64,000 nt of DNA, taken from assembly GCA_051252135.1 (NCBI GenBank), contig JBPOGH010000001.1, positions 256,001 through 320,000 on the forward strand, written 5' to 3'. Position numbers and translations under genes: made by a program. Source of the stretch: Verrucomicrobiaceae bacterium (GTDB lineage: Bacteria; Verrucomicrobiota; Verrucomicrobiia; Verrucomicrobiales; Akkermansiaceae). Position 1 is the stretch's first letter; each line of letters starts with the position of its first letter. Positions 40,002 to 51,037 of the stretch are shown here, piece by piece. A model generated the notes under the pieces. That model was given only the letters and a program-made list of their open reading frames with translations. It did no database searches and was not told the origin of the DNA.

Positions 40002-42464
40002 GTGGGACGATTTACGACCATCCTTTTATTACTCACCCTCTCAATCAGCGCAAAGGAGCTGACATGGAGGGATGTTCAGCAACTTGATGAATTCAAGACC
40101 GCTCAGGTCGCGCTATCCGACCACCTTCCCGAGCTTGCAGTCACGGCCTTGAAGGGACTGGGCAACTCCCGCGAACTCTCCAGGGAAGCATCCACGAATC
40201 TCAATCTCCTTTTGGGCGAGTCCCATATTCGGAGCAATCAACCTGAGCTGGCTCTCGAAGTTCTTGAGGGAACCAGCACCCAGGCCCTGCGTTGGAGGGC
40301 CTTGGCCTTGGTTCAAATGGGGAGGCTGAAGGAAGCAGAAGAGCACCTCTCCAATCTCAAGGAAAAAGCCGATGTGCGTCACCGCGCCACCCTCCTCTCT
40401 GCTCTTCGCCAATACGAACAGGCACTGGTGGTCCTTTCCCCGCTTCTCAAAGAAGATTCGCTCGCGCAACTCATCGCAGCCGGAATTCATTTGGATCAGG
40501 GAGATTTGAAAGAAGCCGAGCTGCTCATCACATCGATCAAGCCCAAGGATGATTTGCAGGAAGCCAACTTGGAACTCTTGGAGGGAAGGCTTGCTCTGGG
40601 CCGCGGAGACCGTGTCAGCGCTGTGAGAACCTTCCGCGCACTTGTTCCGGAGAAACCAACCGACAAGCTCCCTCCCGCGCATGTTTACCATCAGGCCGTT
40701 GTCGGACTTGCCGATAGTCTGGCCCTCGGGGGTGGCGAAGCTGCCGCTGCTGCGTTTTTAGTATCCCATCTCCAAAATCACCCGCAAAGCAGCAACCTTT
40801 CGGCTCTGTTCTCCAGATTGCGACAGTGGCGGGACCATGTGCCCAATGACCAATTGTTAAAATGGTCAGCTTCTCCCCCGCCACCGATGACGCTTTTAAG
40901 CGGGAGTCTCCCCCCACCTCCTGCTTCGGGTTTACATGTTTTTTCCCTTCAACTCTCTGCACTCAAAGCAGTCGATGGAGACATTCCTTCTCACGCCGCT
41001 TTCCTGTTCTCCCGGTTTTTACTGGAAACACCGGCTGAATACGAAGATCAGATCAGTCAATCACTCATTGATCTGGGGCTGTTCCATTTCGAACTCAATC
41101 AAGTTACACAGGCCTTATCTGTGTTTCAATTGGTGCGAGACAGAGCTCCCGAAGGGCGTCTGCAGGCCATTGCAACCTCGCTACAAGGAGCTGCTGCATT
41201 TGCACTTCAAGATCCAAAGCAAGCTGCTGCTGCCTTTGAGGAAGCCAAGGCTTCCGCTCTCTTGTTTAGAGAAGTCGACCTCGCTCATGCGGCGTCAATG
41301 AATCAGGCGTTGAGCTATCTGGAAATGGGCCGTGACGCCGATTTAACCTCACTTGAGGAGCCCGCGAAAGCGGATCTCTTCCTGGAGCAGGGCCTTTTGA
41401 TGGCCAGTAGAGATGAAGCCGGCGCACGAGAATTCCTTGAAAATTTCAGGTCCCGATTCCCCGACCACGAGCGGATCGATGAGGCCACTTTGGCATTGGC
41501 TGAGAATTATATTTTCGCCTCCAATTCCGACACCAAAGAGGGTTCCAAAGCAAAAGCACTCAAATTGTTAGCGGAGCTAAATTTTGATGACGTGGAAGAA
41601 CCATTGGAATCTGCGAGGAAACTCATCGCACTGATGGAGCTGAACCAGGGAATTGAAGCGGCCTCCTTATGGCTGAACCGAAATCCAAACCATTCAGCGA
41701 CTCCCAATCTCCTGTTTTATTTGGCCCGCGCCCAACACCAAAATGGCAAAAGCGGCCCTGCATTTGCCAGTTACGAGCAATTGATCCAAAATTTCCCCGA
41801 TCATTCGTTGATTAGAACAGTAGGCCTATACAGCGCGCGTGCCGCCTTCTCGGTTGGCACCGAATCCGCCGAAGCTCGGGGCTTCGAGCGTTACCGTGAG
41901 CTCATGACGGGAGATGATCCGCTGGCCGTTCAGGCTGCGATCGAATTTGCCCGACTGCAAATTGATCGCGGCGAAGAGTTGGTCGCGATCAGCGAGCTCG
42001 AGAAATTTCTTGGAAAGAAGACTCTCGATCCGAAAGACAAAAGACGGTTTTTGGTACTCATCGCTGAAGCGGAACGTCAGTCAGGACAATTCCAAAAAGC
42101 CCTCTCCCATTACGAACAACTCCTTAATCAGAGTGATCTGCCGGTATCATTTTTCAATCAGGCATCCTACCTTAAAGGGCGCGTTCTTGAGGATCTTCGG
42201 CAGCCCAATGCCGCACTCGAATCATACTACAGTGTGATCAACCGGAATCTTGATCCCGATAAGGCCGCTGAAGTGGAGTGGCGGTGGCATGACCGCTGCG
42301 CTCTTGAAGGAGCACTCCCTATCCTTGAAAAAAATAACAAGTGGGAAGCCGCCCTTGCGCTTACTCGCAAAATTGCGCTCAGCGGGGGGCCCAGTGCTCA
42401 GCGGGCTGCCGAGCGAGCCAAAAGAATCCAGTTTGATCACATGATCTGGGACGAGGCCGAATAG
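40002..42464 (+). CDS. Large secreted TPR/helical repeat protein
   Basis: Signal peptide; TPR-like motifs (FRSRFPDH, YEQLIQNFPDH, AYYS-type helices); GTG start. Confidence 0.8.
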   Translation: MGRFTTILLLLTLSISAKELTWRDVQQLDEFKTAQVALSDHLPELAVTALKGLGNSRELSREASTNLNLLLGESHIRSNQPELALEVLEGTSTQALRWRALALVQMGRLKEAEEHLSNLKEKADVRHRATLLSALRQYEQALVVLSPLLKEDSLAQLIAAGIHLDQGDLKEAELLITSIKPKDDLQEANLELLEGRLALGRGDRVSAVRTFRALVPEKPTDKLPPAHVYHQAVVGLADSLALGGGEAAAAAFLVSHLQNHPQSSNLSALFSRLRQWRDHVPNDQLLKWSASPPPPMTLLSGSLPPPPASGLHVFSLQLSALKAVDGDIPSHAAFLFSRFLLETPAEYEDQISQSLIDLGLFHFELNQVTQALSVFQLVRDRAPEGRLQAIATSLQGAAAFALQDPKQAAAAFEEAKASALLFREVDLAHAASMNQALSYLEMGRDADLTSLEEPAKADLFLEQGLLMASRDEAGAREFLENFRSRFPDHERIDEATLALAENYIFASNSDTKEGSKAKALKLLAELNFDDVEEPLESARKLIALMELNQGIEAASLWLNRNPNHSATPNLLFYLARAQHQNGKSGPAFASYEQLIQNFPDHSLIRTVGLYSARAAFSVGTESAEARGFERYRELMTGDDPLAVQAAIEFARLQIDRGEELVAISELEKFLGKKTLDPKDKRRFLVLIAEAERQSGQFQKALSHYEQLLNQSDLPVSFFNQASYLKGRVLEDLRQPNAALESYYSVINRNLDPDKAAEVEWRWHDRCALEGALPILEKNNKWEAALALTRKIALSGGPSAQRAAERAKRIQFDHMIWDEAE

Positions 42465-42521
42465 ACCTTTGATTGCCTGAAAACACTGGACAGCGCACGC
42501 GAGAGACTCCAGCTTGCGCCG

Positions 42522-43604
42522 ATGTCAAAACCCAAGCTTTTCATCCCAGGACCAGTCGATGTTGCCCCTGAAACCTATGCTGCCATGGCCGGCCCGGCCA
42601 TCGGCCATCGCGGAAAGGACTTCGAAGAATTATACGCCTCGATCCAACCAGGTATCCGCGAGGTTGTTGGAACTTCCCGTCCCGTCTTCTTCTCCACATC
42701 CTCTGCTTGGGGAGTCATGGAAGGATGCATTCGGAACCTCGTAAAGAAGAAGGTTCTCAATTTGTGCTGCGGCGCCTTCTCGGACAAATGGTTCGGAGTA
42801 GCCCAAAGCTGTGGCAAGGATGCCGAGAAAATCCAAGTGGAATGGGGACAGCCCATCGACCCCGAAGATGTCCGGGCCAAGCTCAGCGAAGGCGGCTTTG
42901 ACACGGTCACGCTTGTCCATAACGAGACCTCAACCGGAGTCCTCAACCCTCTCAAGGAAATCTCCGAGGTCGTCAAATCCTTCGAAGGGGTCCTCCTGGT
43001 TGTCGACACCGTATCCTCTCTTTCGGCAATGCCGATCAACTTCGACGAGCTAGGCATCGATGTGCTTCTCGCTGGTGTTCAAAAAGCCATTGCCCTCCCC
43101 CCTGGCCTTGCCGTTTTCGTAACCTCTGATGCTGCCCTTGAGCGCGCCTCAACAATTGATGACCGGGGTTACTATTTTGATTTTTGTGAATTTGCATCGA
43201 ATGATGCCAAGAATAACACTCCTTCCACCCCGGCGATCCCCCATCTCTACGGTCTCCTGGAGCGTGTAAATGTGATGATTGAGGAGGGTTTGGAAAATCG
43301 CTTCAAGAGGCATGCTTCCAATAACGCCATGGTTCACGCATGGGGGGCGAAACATGGCTTCGAACTCCTTCCACCAGAAGGTTATCGCTCGCTTTCACTT
43401 TCCTGTTTCGTCACCCCTGACAATCTCGATCAAGGTGGCTGGATCAAAGCGGTTAGCCAGAACCATGGATTCGCCATTAACGGTGGTTACGGGAAGATCA
43501 AAGGCAAGACTTTCCGGATTTCAAACATGGGCAACGAGACGGCGGAAACGATGCAGGAGCTCCTCGATGCTCTCGATGCGGAATTGCCAAAATTTCTTAG
43601 CTGA
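42522..43604 (+). CDS. Class V PLP aminotransferase (serine-pyruvate / alanine-glyoxylate type)
   Basis: LFIPGPV, VHNETSTGV, VDTVSS, GVQKAIALPPGL, FRISNMG. Confidence 0.92.
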   Translation: MSKPKLFIPGPVDVAPETYAAMAGPAIGHRGKDFEELYASIQPGIREVVGTSRPVFFSTSSAWGVMEGCIRNLVKKKVLNLCCGAFSDKWFGVAQSCGKDAEKIQVEWGQPIDPEDVRAKLSEGGFDTVTLVHNETSTGVLNPLKEISEVVKSFEGVLLVVDTVSSLSAMPINFDELGIDVLLAGVQKAIALPPGLAVFVTSDAALERASTIDDRGYYFDFCEFASNDAKNNTPSTPAIPHLYGLLERVNVMIEEGLENRFKRHASNNAMVHAWGAKHGFELLPPEGYRSLSLSCFVTPDNLDQGGWIKAVSQNHGFAINGGYGKIKGKTFRISNMGNETAETMQELLDALDAELPKFLS

Positions 43605-43624
43605 ATTTCCTGATCACCAGAATC

Positions 43625-43665
43625 AAAATGAGGCAACGTTATTGAAACGTTGCCTCATTTTTTTT
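43625..43665. terminator. Probable bidirectional intrinsic terminator
   Basis: AAAATGAGGCAACGTT-attga-AACGTTGCCTCATTTT followed by more Ts, between convergent genes. Confidence 0.88.
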
Positions 43666-43679
43666 GCGAAAACGTCCTG

Positions 43680-44531
43680 CTAGAGTCCTGAGCACTTGAG
43701 GCTCTGATCCATCGCCTTCGCCGGGTTATCCGACGGACTCTCCCCCACGACCACGGCGGGGACACCCGCTACCGTCTTGTGAGCCTCGACATTGTCCAAC
43801 ACCACACTTCCCGCCCCAATTTTTGCACCGGTGCCGATTTCAACCCGGCCAAGAATCTTTGCCCCTGCACCAATCATCACCCCTGTCCTCACGATAGGGT
43901 GCCGATCACCGGTTTCCTTGCCTGTACCTCCAAGAGTAACCTCATGGAGAATTGAGACATCATCCTCTACTATCGCCGTCTCTCCGATCACCAGACTCGT
44001 CGCATGATCGAGGAAAATCCCACAGCCAAGTCGAGCCGCGGGGTGAATATCAACTCCAAATACTTCACTCGCCAGACTCTGGAAATACAAAGCCAACGCA
44101 CAACGATCGTTTTTCCATAGTTGGTGGCTTATCCGGTACGTGGAAATCGCCATAAATCCCTTATAATAGAGGAGAGGTTGAATTACCGAGGTGCAAGCAG
44201 GGTCACGGTCAAAAATGGCCACGGTGTCGGCAGCCATGCTTTCCACGAGCTCAGGATGTTCGGTAAATATTTCCACCAACAACGGAAAAAGCTCGTCCCT
44301 GGTCATATCCTCCCGGGCAAGTTTCCGCGAAAGGCGGGCTGCCGCAGACCTCCCAAATGACTCCCGAGAAAGGAAAACATCAGCCATTAAGGTCTCCAGA
44401 CGATGCTCGGTCTGAGCGATGCAGGAAGCCTCCCGGCAAATTTCAGTCCAGAGTTTTTCCAGATCCGGTTTTCCTTGCGCGCAGAGCAGGTTCTGACTCG
44501 CCCCTTCGGGTTGGGTGTGTTCTCCTTTCAT
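43680..44531 (-). CDS. cysE: Serine O-acetyltransferase (start uncertain)
   Basis: RDPAC, YYKGF, VDIHPAARLGCGIFLDHAT, VTLGGTGKETGDRHP, VAGVPA. Confidence 0.95.
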   Translation of the reverse strand: MKGEHTQPEGASQNLLCAQGKPDLEKLWTEICREASCIAQTEHRLETLMADVFLSRESFGRSAAARLSRKLAREDMTRDELFPLLVEIFTEHPELVESMAADTVAIFDRDPACTSVIQPLLYYKGFMAISTYRISHQLWKNDRCALALYFQSLASEVFGVDIHPAARLGCGIFLDHATSLVIGETAIVEDDVSILHEVTLGGTGKETGDRHPIVRTGVMIGAGAKILGRVEIGTGAKIGAGSVVLDNVEAHKTVAGVPAVVVGESPSDNPAKAMDQSLKCSGL

Positions 44532-44533
44532 CA

Positions 44534-44944
44534 GTGAGGGTCTCTCAGAAATTGGATTACGCAAGTCGGGCACTCGTTCATTTGGCGAGGAAGCACGATG
44601 GCGAATCGGTTGTTAGGACGGATGATATTGCACAGAGTGAGGCGATACCACCCAGTTTTTTGGCTCAAATTCTTCACGAGTTGAAACGTTGTGGTCTCGC
44701 GACCAGTCGACGGGGAAAAACCGGTGGGTGGAAACTCACAAAATCCCCCAATCAGGTGTCACTTCTCGAAGTTGTCGAGGCCCTCGAACCGGAAGCATTG
44801 GGGCTCCCCGGAGATGGCGCAGGTGAATCCGGCGCCGTGGTCCAACAGACTTTTGCAACAGCCCGCGAAGCGACCCGCACCATTCTTTCCGGGATCACTC
44901 TCGAGAGTATGGCGGCCAGTTCCGAGCCCATGTACTTCATCTAA
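44534..44944 (+). CDS. Rrf2-family regulator (CymR-like, no Fe-S Cys triad)
   Basis: VRVSQKLDYASRALVHLA, IPPSFLAQILHELK, SRRGKTGGWKL, SLLEVVEALE; embedded in the cys cluster. Confidence 0.9.
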   Translation: MRVSQKLDYASRALVHLARKHDGESVVRTDDIAQSEAIPPSFLAQILHELKRCGLATSRRGKTGGWKLTKSPNQVSLLEVVEALEPEALGLPGDGAGESGAVVQQTFATAREATRTILSGITLESMAASSEPMYFI

Positions 44945-44978
44945 TAAAAACGCGTCCTCACCTTGGGGTGGGACGCGT
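44945..44978 (-). terminator. Terminator of cysJIHK
   Basis: Minus strand ACGCGTCCCACC-ccaa-GGTGAGGACGCGT followed by TTTTA. Confidence 0.75.
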
Positions 44979-44998
44979 CTTGGAGCAAGTATTCACCT

Positions 44999-45967
44999 TC
45001 AGGCAGGGAGCTCCGAAACAGGGAGATTCATCACCTCCTCGCGGTAGTGCTCTGCGAGTGGCGTGCTCAGGTAACGCTCTGTAGAAGAGCAACCAATTGT
45101 CACAATTCGCTTGCCCGCAAACTCAGGGCGGGCTGCAATTTTGAGGGCGGAAGCCACATTCGCTCCAGTGGAAATGCCTGCAGGAAGTCCTTCTTGCATT
45201 GCCAATTTCTGCGCCATTTCAAAAGCCTCTTCATTGGTCACCGTAAGAACTTCGTCGATGATCTCTGTATTCAAATTTCCGGGAATGAATCCGGCACCGA
45301 TGCCCTGAATCTTGTGGGGTCCGGGAGCGCCACCGCTGATCACAGGACTATTCTCGGGCTCTACGGCAAACACCTTGAAATTCGGGTTGCGCGACTTCAG
45401 CACTTCTCCCACCCCGGTGAGAGTTCCTCCCGTTCCAACTCCCGCGACCAAGGCGTCAATGTTTCCATCGGTGTCTTTCCAGATTTCCTCCGCCGTAGTC
45501 TGGCGATGCACTTCGGGATTTGCCGGATTATCAAATTGACCGGGACCGAAGGCGCTCGGATCTTCTGCAAGAAGTTGGTTGGCTTTCGCAATCGCTCCAC
45601 CCATCCCCTTTGGCCCGGGAGTAAGCACGATTTCAGCTCCCAGAGTCCGAAGAAGCACGCGTCGCTCAATCGACATCGTCTCCGGCATCGTAAGAATACA
45701 TTTGTAACCCTTGGCTCGAGCAACGAACGCGAGAGCGATTCCGGTATTTCCGGATGTCGGTTCAATGATGGTGCCACCCGGTTTGAGTTTGCCTTCGGCT
45801 TCGGCCGTCTCGATCATGGCCTTACCAATCCGATCCTTAACGCTGAAGAGAGGGTTGAAGAACTCGGCTTTCACATAAACTTCCGCCCCAAGTCCTTCGG
45901 CAACGGAATTAAGCTTAATAAGTGGGGTGTTGCCGACAGTGTCGACCATGTTGGATGCGATACTCAT
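44999..45967 (-). CDS. cysK: Cysteine synthase A
   Basis: GNTPLIKL, SVKDRIG, EPTSGNTGIAL, GVGTGGT, PHKIQGIGAG, ERYLST. Confidence 0.97.
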   Translation of the reverse strand: MSIASNMVDTVGNTPLIKLNSVAEGLGAEVYVKAEFFNPLFSVKDRIGKAMIETAEAEGKLKPGGTIIEPTSGNTGIALAFVARAKGYKCILTMPETMSIERRVLLRTLGAEIVLTPGPKGMGGAIAKANQLLAEDPSAFGPGQFDNPANPEVHRQTTAEEIWKDTDGNIDALVAGVGTGGTLTGVGEVLKSRNPNFKVFAVEPENSPVISGGAPGPHKIQGIGAGFIPGNLNTEIIDEVLTVTNEEAFEMAQKLAMQEGLPAGISTGANVASALKIAARPEFAGKRIVTIGCSSTERYLSTPLAEHYREEVMNLPVSELPA

Positions 45968-45979
45968 ATTTGTGGTTGT

Positions 45980-46699
45980 TTAGATTTGAAAGTCATTCTG
46001 GCCGGATGATTCGTGGAGTCCACATTCATATTTTTGACCATTGTAGCGAGTCGATTCAGCGTCTTCTCCATCCGCCGGTTTCCGGGTAGAGTGCCAGTCT
46101 CCCATCGTGACATAACCCTCCGCCTCCAGCGGATGGCGTGGTAGTTTGTTGTCGTAAAAGTAAGATGCCACCTGGGCATCGGCCCAATCAAGGATTGGAT
46201 ACACCTTCAAGGTGGAACGCTGTTGTTCGGCAAGGGCACGGTTGGCGCGCGTCGATGACTGACTGCGCCGTAATCCGCTCAACCAGATATCCCCCCCCAC
46301 TTCCTGTAGACCCCTGTTCATTGGCTCGATCTTGTTGATCGTCGCGTAGCGTTGTTGCTCATCCGCATCACCCTCCCACAATTTCCCATAAACCGACTCC
46401 TGATGCGCAGCGGTCATTTGAGGGACATATTTACGCAAATCAATATTGAGCTGACTGGAAAGTTGCTCGATGTAGGCATAGGTCTCCGGAAAAAGGTATC
46501 CCGTATCCACGAAGATGATGGGGATTTTGGGAGCGTGTTCAGCGATCAAGTGAAGCATCACCGCTGCCTGCAGGCCAAAGCTGGAGCTAGCCACAACCCG
46601 ATCTCCATAGGTCTCGTATAGCCAGGCAATGCGTTCCCCGGCATTCAAATCCTCAAGATGAGCAGCAATGCTCTCCGCTTCGGTTAGAGTGGCAGCCAT
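45980..46699 (-). CDS. cysH: Phosphoadenylyl-sulfate (PAPS) reductase, Fe-S-free type
   Basis: SSSFGLQ, VDTGYLFPETY, NKIEPM, GLRRSQS, ECGLH; lacks the CC and CxxC motifs of Fe-S APS reductases. Confidence 0.93.
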   Translation of the reverse strand: MAATLTEAESIAAHLEDLNAGERIAWLYETYGDRVVASSSFGLQAAVMLHLIAEHAPKIPIIFVDTGYLFPETYAYIEQLSSQLNIDLRKYVPQMTAAHQESVYGKLWEGDADEQQRYATINKIEPMNRGLQEVGGDIWLSGLRRSQSSTRANRALAEQQRSTLKVYPILDWADAQVASYFYDNKLPRHPLEAEGYVTMGDWHSTRKPADGEDAESTRYNGQKYECGLHESSGQNDFQI

Positions 46700-46706
46700 G
46701 GGTATA

Positions 46707-48416
46707 CTATGCCGACGCGACGTCGGATTTGAGATTTTCGTGGAAATCGAGACCGTTGACAGTGGCTGCGATGTAGCCCGCCCGGATCACAAAGTCGCCA
46801 AAATGCTCACCCTCCTCACGAGACTTGGCATAATCAAGGATGATGGGACCCAGAAGGCTCTTGATTTCCGTGCGGGGCACTGCTTCACGGAAGAGTTTGT
46901 TGAGTCGATCACCGGCATGACCGCCACCAAGGTAGACGTTGTATTTTCCCGGAGCACGGCCAACAAAAGCAATTTCCGACAGAAACGGACGACCGCAGCC
47001 ATTTGGGCATCCGGTCATCCGAATCGTAATTGCATCATGCTGGAGGCCGGCTTCCTCCAGAACCTCCTCAAGTTCGGCGATCACACCTGGCAATCCGCGC
47101 TCGGCTTCAGCTAATGCGAGTCCACAAGTGGGCAGAGCCACGCAAGCGATCGAGTTCAGCCTCATTGCCGAGCGCTCATGACTTTTCAGCAGTCCGTGTT
47201 GGTCAAGAATCGCCTCAATTTCAGGACGCTTTTTAGGTGAGACTTGAGCGATAATAAGGTTCTGGTTCCCGGTAAGTCGGAAATCCCCGTCGTGAATTTC
47301 CGCAATTTTACGCAGCCCCGTGCGGGCTTCATCGCGAACCCGTCCACCTTCGATAAATAGGTTGAGGTGGAAGTTCCCCTGGTGGTCTTCGATCCAACCG
47401 AATCGATCCCCATTGTCATCGAACTTGAATTCACGAACCGGCTCAAGCTCGTAGCCGAGATACTCATTGACCTTCTCGAGGAACCATTCGGGAGAACGGT
47501 CATCAATAGTGTATTTCAAACGGGCATGCTTGCGGTTGGTGCGATCTCCGAAGTCACGCTGGACCAACAACACCTTTTCCGACACGTCGACCACTTGTTC
47601 CGGAGTGCAAAAACCGATGATGTCCGCCAGCCTTGGATAGGTTTCGGGAGCGCCGTGAGTCATTCCCATGCCACCTCCCACGGCGACGTTGTATCCAACC
47701 ACTTTACCACCCTCTACGATAGCCACGAAGGACAGGTCGTTCGCGTGGATGTCAACATCGTTGGAAGGGGGAACGGCGACCGCGATCTTAAACTTCCGCG
47801 GCAAATAGGTCTTCCCGTAGATCGGCTCCACTTCCTCTTGGGTGGACTCGACCTTTTCACCGTCTAGCCAGATTTCATGATACGCGCCCGTCCGGGGAGT
47901 GAGGTGATCGCTGATCTCTTGGGAGATTTTGAGAACATCTGCGTGGGCCTCACTGAGGTAAGGGTTCGGGTTGCACATCACGTTCCGATTCACGTCTCCG
48001 CAGGCAGCAATGGTATCCATCGCGGCCGCATTGATTTCCTGAATCGTGCGTTTGAGTTGGGTCTTGATGACCCCGTGCAGCTGAAATGCCTGCCGTGTTG
48101 TTAACTTGATGGTCCCATTGGCAAAATCATCGGCGAGATTATCCATCTTGATCCACTGTTCCGGAGTAGCCACTCCACCTGGAACGCGGATACGAATCAG
48201 GAAGCTGAACGCTTTTTCAAGCTTGTGTTTGCGACGTCCGGCCCGGATATCGCGGTCATCCTGAAGATAGCAACCGTGGAACTTAAGCAACTGCTGTTCA
48301 TCTTCGGTAAGACCACCGGTGGAGGTGTCTGCGAGTCCTTCGGCCAAGGTGCCGCGGAGGTAGTTGCTATCGGTCTTGAGATACTCGTTGTGGGCGAGTT
48401 TTTTTTCTTCACTCAT
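46707..48416 (-). CDS. cysI: Sulfite reductase hemoprotein subunit
   Basis: [53 protein letters not shown]. Confidence 0.96.
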   Translation of the reverse strand: MSEEKKLAHNEYLKTDSNYLRGTLAEGLADTSTGGLTEDEQQLLKFHGCYLQDDRDIRAGRRKHKLEKAFSFLIRIRVPGGVATPEQWIKMDNLADDFANGTIKLTTRQAFQLHGVIKTQLKRTIQEINAAAMDTIAACGDVNRNVMCNPNPYLSEAHADVLKISQEISDHLTPRTGAYHEIWLDGEKVESTQEEVEPIYGKTYLPRKFKIAVAVPPSNDVDIHANDLSFVAIVEGGKVVGYNVAVGGGMGMTHGAPETYPRLADIIGFCTPEQVVDVSEKVLLVQRDFGDRTNRKHARLKYTIDDRSPEWFLEKVNEYLGYELEPVREFKFDDNGDRFGWIEDHQGNFHLNLFIEGGRVRDEARTGLRKIAEIHDGDFRLTGNQNLIIAQVSPKKRPEIEAILDQHGLLKSHERSAMRLNSIACVALPTCGLALAEAERGLPGVIAELEEVLEEAGLQHDAITIRMTGCPNGCGRPFLSEIAFVGRAPGKYNVYLGGGHAGDRLNKLFREAVPRTEIKSLLGPIILDYAKSREEGEHFGDFVIRAGYIAATVNGLDFHENLKSDVASA

Positions 48417-48436
48417 GGGCTTGATAAAATTGGTGT

Positions 48437-50182
48437 TTAGTAAACGTCACGCTGGTAGCGCTTATTCTTCTTTAAGGCGTCAACATATGCAGTGGCGTCT
48501 TCTTGTGAAATCCCCCCCTGTTCGGAAATGATGTCGATCAAGGCGCCGTGAACATCTTTGGCCATGCGTGAGGCATCTCCGCACACATAGAAATAAGCTC
48601 CTTTTTCCAGCCATGCATAGATGTCCGCAGCACGCTTTCGCATCACATCCTGAACATAAACCTTCTCAGGTTGGTCCCGGGAAAAGGCGACATCGAGACG
48701 CGTCAACGCCTTCGCCTTGAGGTGATCCTGCCATTCCAGCTGATAAAGGAAGTCAAAATTGTAATGTTGGTCTCCAAAGAAGAGCCAACTCTCCCCTGTC
48801 GCACCTCGTTCGGCCCGCTCCTCAACGAAGGCCCTGAAGGGCGCGATGCCCGTTCCCGGTCCAACCATGATAATTGGAGTCGCGTCGTCCTCAGGGAGCC
48901 TGAAATTCTTGTTGGCGTGTGTGTAGACCGCGACCTTGGATCCTACTTCCGCCTCGTCGGCAAGGAAGGTCGACGCCACTCCTTTGCGGGGTTTGCCGTG
49001 GCCATCATAGCGCACCGCTGCAACCGTGAGATGGACTTCACCGGGATGGGCTTTCGGGCTTGAGGCGATTGAATAAAGCCTCGGAGGCATCTTGCGCAGA
49101 ATGCTGACAAACTGCTGGGCCGTAAGTCCGGCCACTGGATAGCCCTCAAGCAGATCAATAATCTGGCGCCCCCATATCCACTCGGCAAATTGCACCTTAT
49201 TCTCGTCATCAAGAAGTGATTCAAGATCAACATTGGGCGCAAGCCCGAGGTATTTTTTGACGATGGCACGCGAGAGGGCGGTGATATCAAGCTTGGATCG
49301 AAGAGCCTCGCCAAAGCTGACCTTCTCTCCACCCTTGAGTTCGACTTCCTCGGATTCCGAAAAACCGGTTACTCTCAAGATGTCGGAAACCACGTCCTCC
49401 GCATTGAGCGGAACGACAGCGAGAGCATCTCCAACTTCATAGTTCATCCCCGATCCCTCAAGCGACAACTCCAGATGGATTGTTTCTTTCGCGCTTCCCT
49501 CACCATTGAGGATGACGTGATCCAACACCTCTGCCGGGAAATAATTCTTCTTGCCATACTCTACCGATGGTTGGGCGGAGATTGCAGCAACAGGTGCAGC
49601 ACTCCCACCACCCCCGACTTCGGCCAAGAAACGATCAAGCCAGGCATTGTAGCTATCCTCAAAGTCAACATCGCAGTCCTCTCGCGCAGTCAGTCGTTTC
49701 GCTCCCAGGTTCTCCAGTCGGGAATCAAATATTTTTCCGATTTCACAAAATTTCTCATAGGAAGTGTCTCCCAATGCACAAACCGAGAAGCTCGACCCCT
49801 TCAAGTCGGGCGACTCTTTCATGAAATTTTCATAAAAGCCTTCTACTGCCTCGGGCGGTTCACCATCTCCCCACGTGCTGATAATGAGTCCGATATTTTC
49901 AAAGGATGCCAAATCAGCAGGCTTGAGATCGGCGAGATTCTTCATCACGGCTTTTGCCCCCTTTTTCTTGGCTGCCTTTACTGTTCGATCGGCTAGCTCT
50001 TCACTATTTCCCGACTCTGTCCCGTATAAAATGGTCAACGTTGGTTGTTCGGCGACTGCTGCTGGAGCAATTCCGGCCAGGAATCCGCTCAACCAGCTGG
50101 ATTGTTCCGGTGTAAATCCTGAAATGAGGGCAGAAAGCGAGGTTTTCTGCTCCGGAGTAAAGGGCGCGTGCGATGGGATCAT
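48437..50182 (-). CDS. cysJ: Sulfite reductase flavoprotein subunit
   Basis: YGTESGNS flavodoxin, [39 protein letters not shown]. Confidence 0.96.
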   Translation of the reverse strand: MIPSHAPFTPEQKTSLSALISGFTPEQSSWLSGFLAGIAPAAVAEQPTLTILYGTESGNSEELADRTVKAAKKKGAKAVMKNLADLKPADLASFENIGLIISTWGDGEPPEAVEGFYENFMKESPDLKGSSFSVCALGDTSYEKFCEIGKIFDSRLENLGAKRLTAREDCDVDFEDSYNAWLDRFLAEVGGGGSAAPVAAISAQPSVEYGKKNYFPAEVLDHVILNGEGSAKETIHLELSLEGSGMNYEVGDALAVVPLNAEDVVSDILRVTGFSESEEVELKGGEKVSFGEALRSKLDITALSRAIVKKYLGLAPNVDLESLLDDENKVQFAEWIWGRQIIDLLEGYPVAGLTAQQFVSILRKMPPRLYSIASSPKAHPGEVHLTVAAVRYDGHGKPRKGVASTFLADEAEVGSKVAVYTHANKNFRLPEDDATPIIMVGPGTGIAPFRAFVEERAERGATGESWLFFGDQHYNFDFLYQLEWQDHLKAKALTRLDVAFSRDQPEKVYVQDVMRKRAADIYAWLEKGAYFYVCGDASRMAKDVHGALIDIISEQGGISQEDATAYVDALKKNKRYQRDVY

Positions 50183-50195
50183 TCTAATACCTAAT

Positions 50196-50211
50196 AAAGT
50201 TGATCAACTTT
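50196..50211. promoter_or_regulatory. Perfect 16-bp palindrome upstream of cysJ, candidate operator
   Basis: AAAGTTGATCAACTTT, 13 nt upstream of the cysJ ATG. Confidence 0.65.
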
Positions 50212-50314
50212 GTCATCTTTGACTGAGTGAACATCGCTTCTTTGGGACGAAGATGCAACTCCTTTTTCAGTTGGTTGACGCATCGGCCTCAGTCGTCTTG
50301 AGTGCACCAGCTAT

Positions 50315-51037
50315 ATGAGACGCTCTTTGCTGACCTACCCCCTTCTCATCTTGGTCCTTTTTCTCAATTCGTGCATCGAAGGAGAGGAGGAGATCTGGAT
50401 CAATCTTGATGCTTCGGGAAAGATCAGGGCCCACTACGAGTTTCCCCCGGCCCTGAGGGCACAGCTTGGAGACCCTGCCAATATAGTGTCTGCAATTGAG
50501 CAAATTGATGAAGCCGAGGATGGCATTGAGGTACAACAAATTCAGTTTTCCCAGGTGGGAAGCAAACTCGTCTTCCATCTTGAAGCTACATTTGACGACG
50601 CACGCGATCTTCTTGAAATGACCGAAAGGAGTGCGCCTGTTCTGATCGAAGAAGCAGGTATGCAACCCGAGGAACTCGATGCAGTGGCCGGCGATATCGA
50701 TCTCAATGTCGACGGACTCACCGTCAATCTTAGTCGGGCAATATCTCTCGGGAATTTCTTTCCTGAAATGATACGGCGAAACCCCAGCCTTTTGGGGAAA
50801 TCGAATTTCCGCTACCTGATCCACCTCCCCTTCCCGGCCACCAAAACAAACGCCCACGAGGTCACCAATAATGGAAAGTCACTCAGTTGGATCTTTGTCC
50901 TTCGAGACCACGTCGACAGTCCGATGGCACTTAGCTTCGAGACCCAAATTCGCCCACCGTGGTGGATGTTGATGCTGCTCGGGTTGATCGTAATTTTAAT
51001 AGCTTACCTCCTTTGGAGGCGCTTCTTGAAGGCCTAG
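50315..51037 (+). CDS. Hypothetical lipoprotein with C-terminal membrane anchor (LppM-like layout)
   Basis: LFLNSC lipobox, EEEIWINLDASG, TNAHEV...SLSW, C-terminal TM followed by WRRFLK. Confidence 0.7.
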   Translation: MRRSLLTYPLLILVLFLNSCIEGEEEIWINLDASGKIRAHYEFPPALRAQLGDPANIVSAIEQIDEAEDGIEVQQIQFSQVGSKLVFHLEATFDDARDLLEMTERSAPVLIEEAGMQPEELDAVAGDIDLNVDGLTVNLSRAISLGNFFPEMIRRNPSLLGKSNFRYLIHLPFPATKTNAHEVTNNGKSLSWIFVLRDHVDSPMALSFETQIRPPWWMLMLLGLIVILIAYLLWRRFLKA

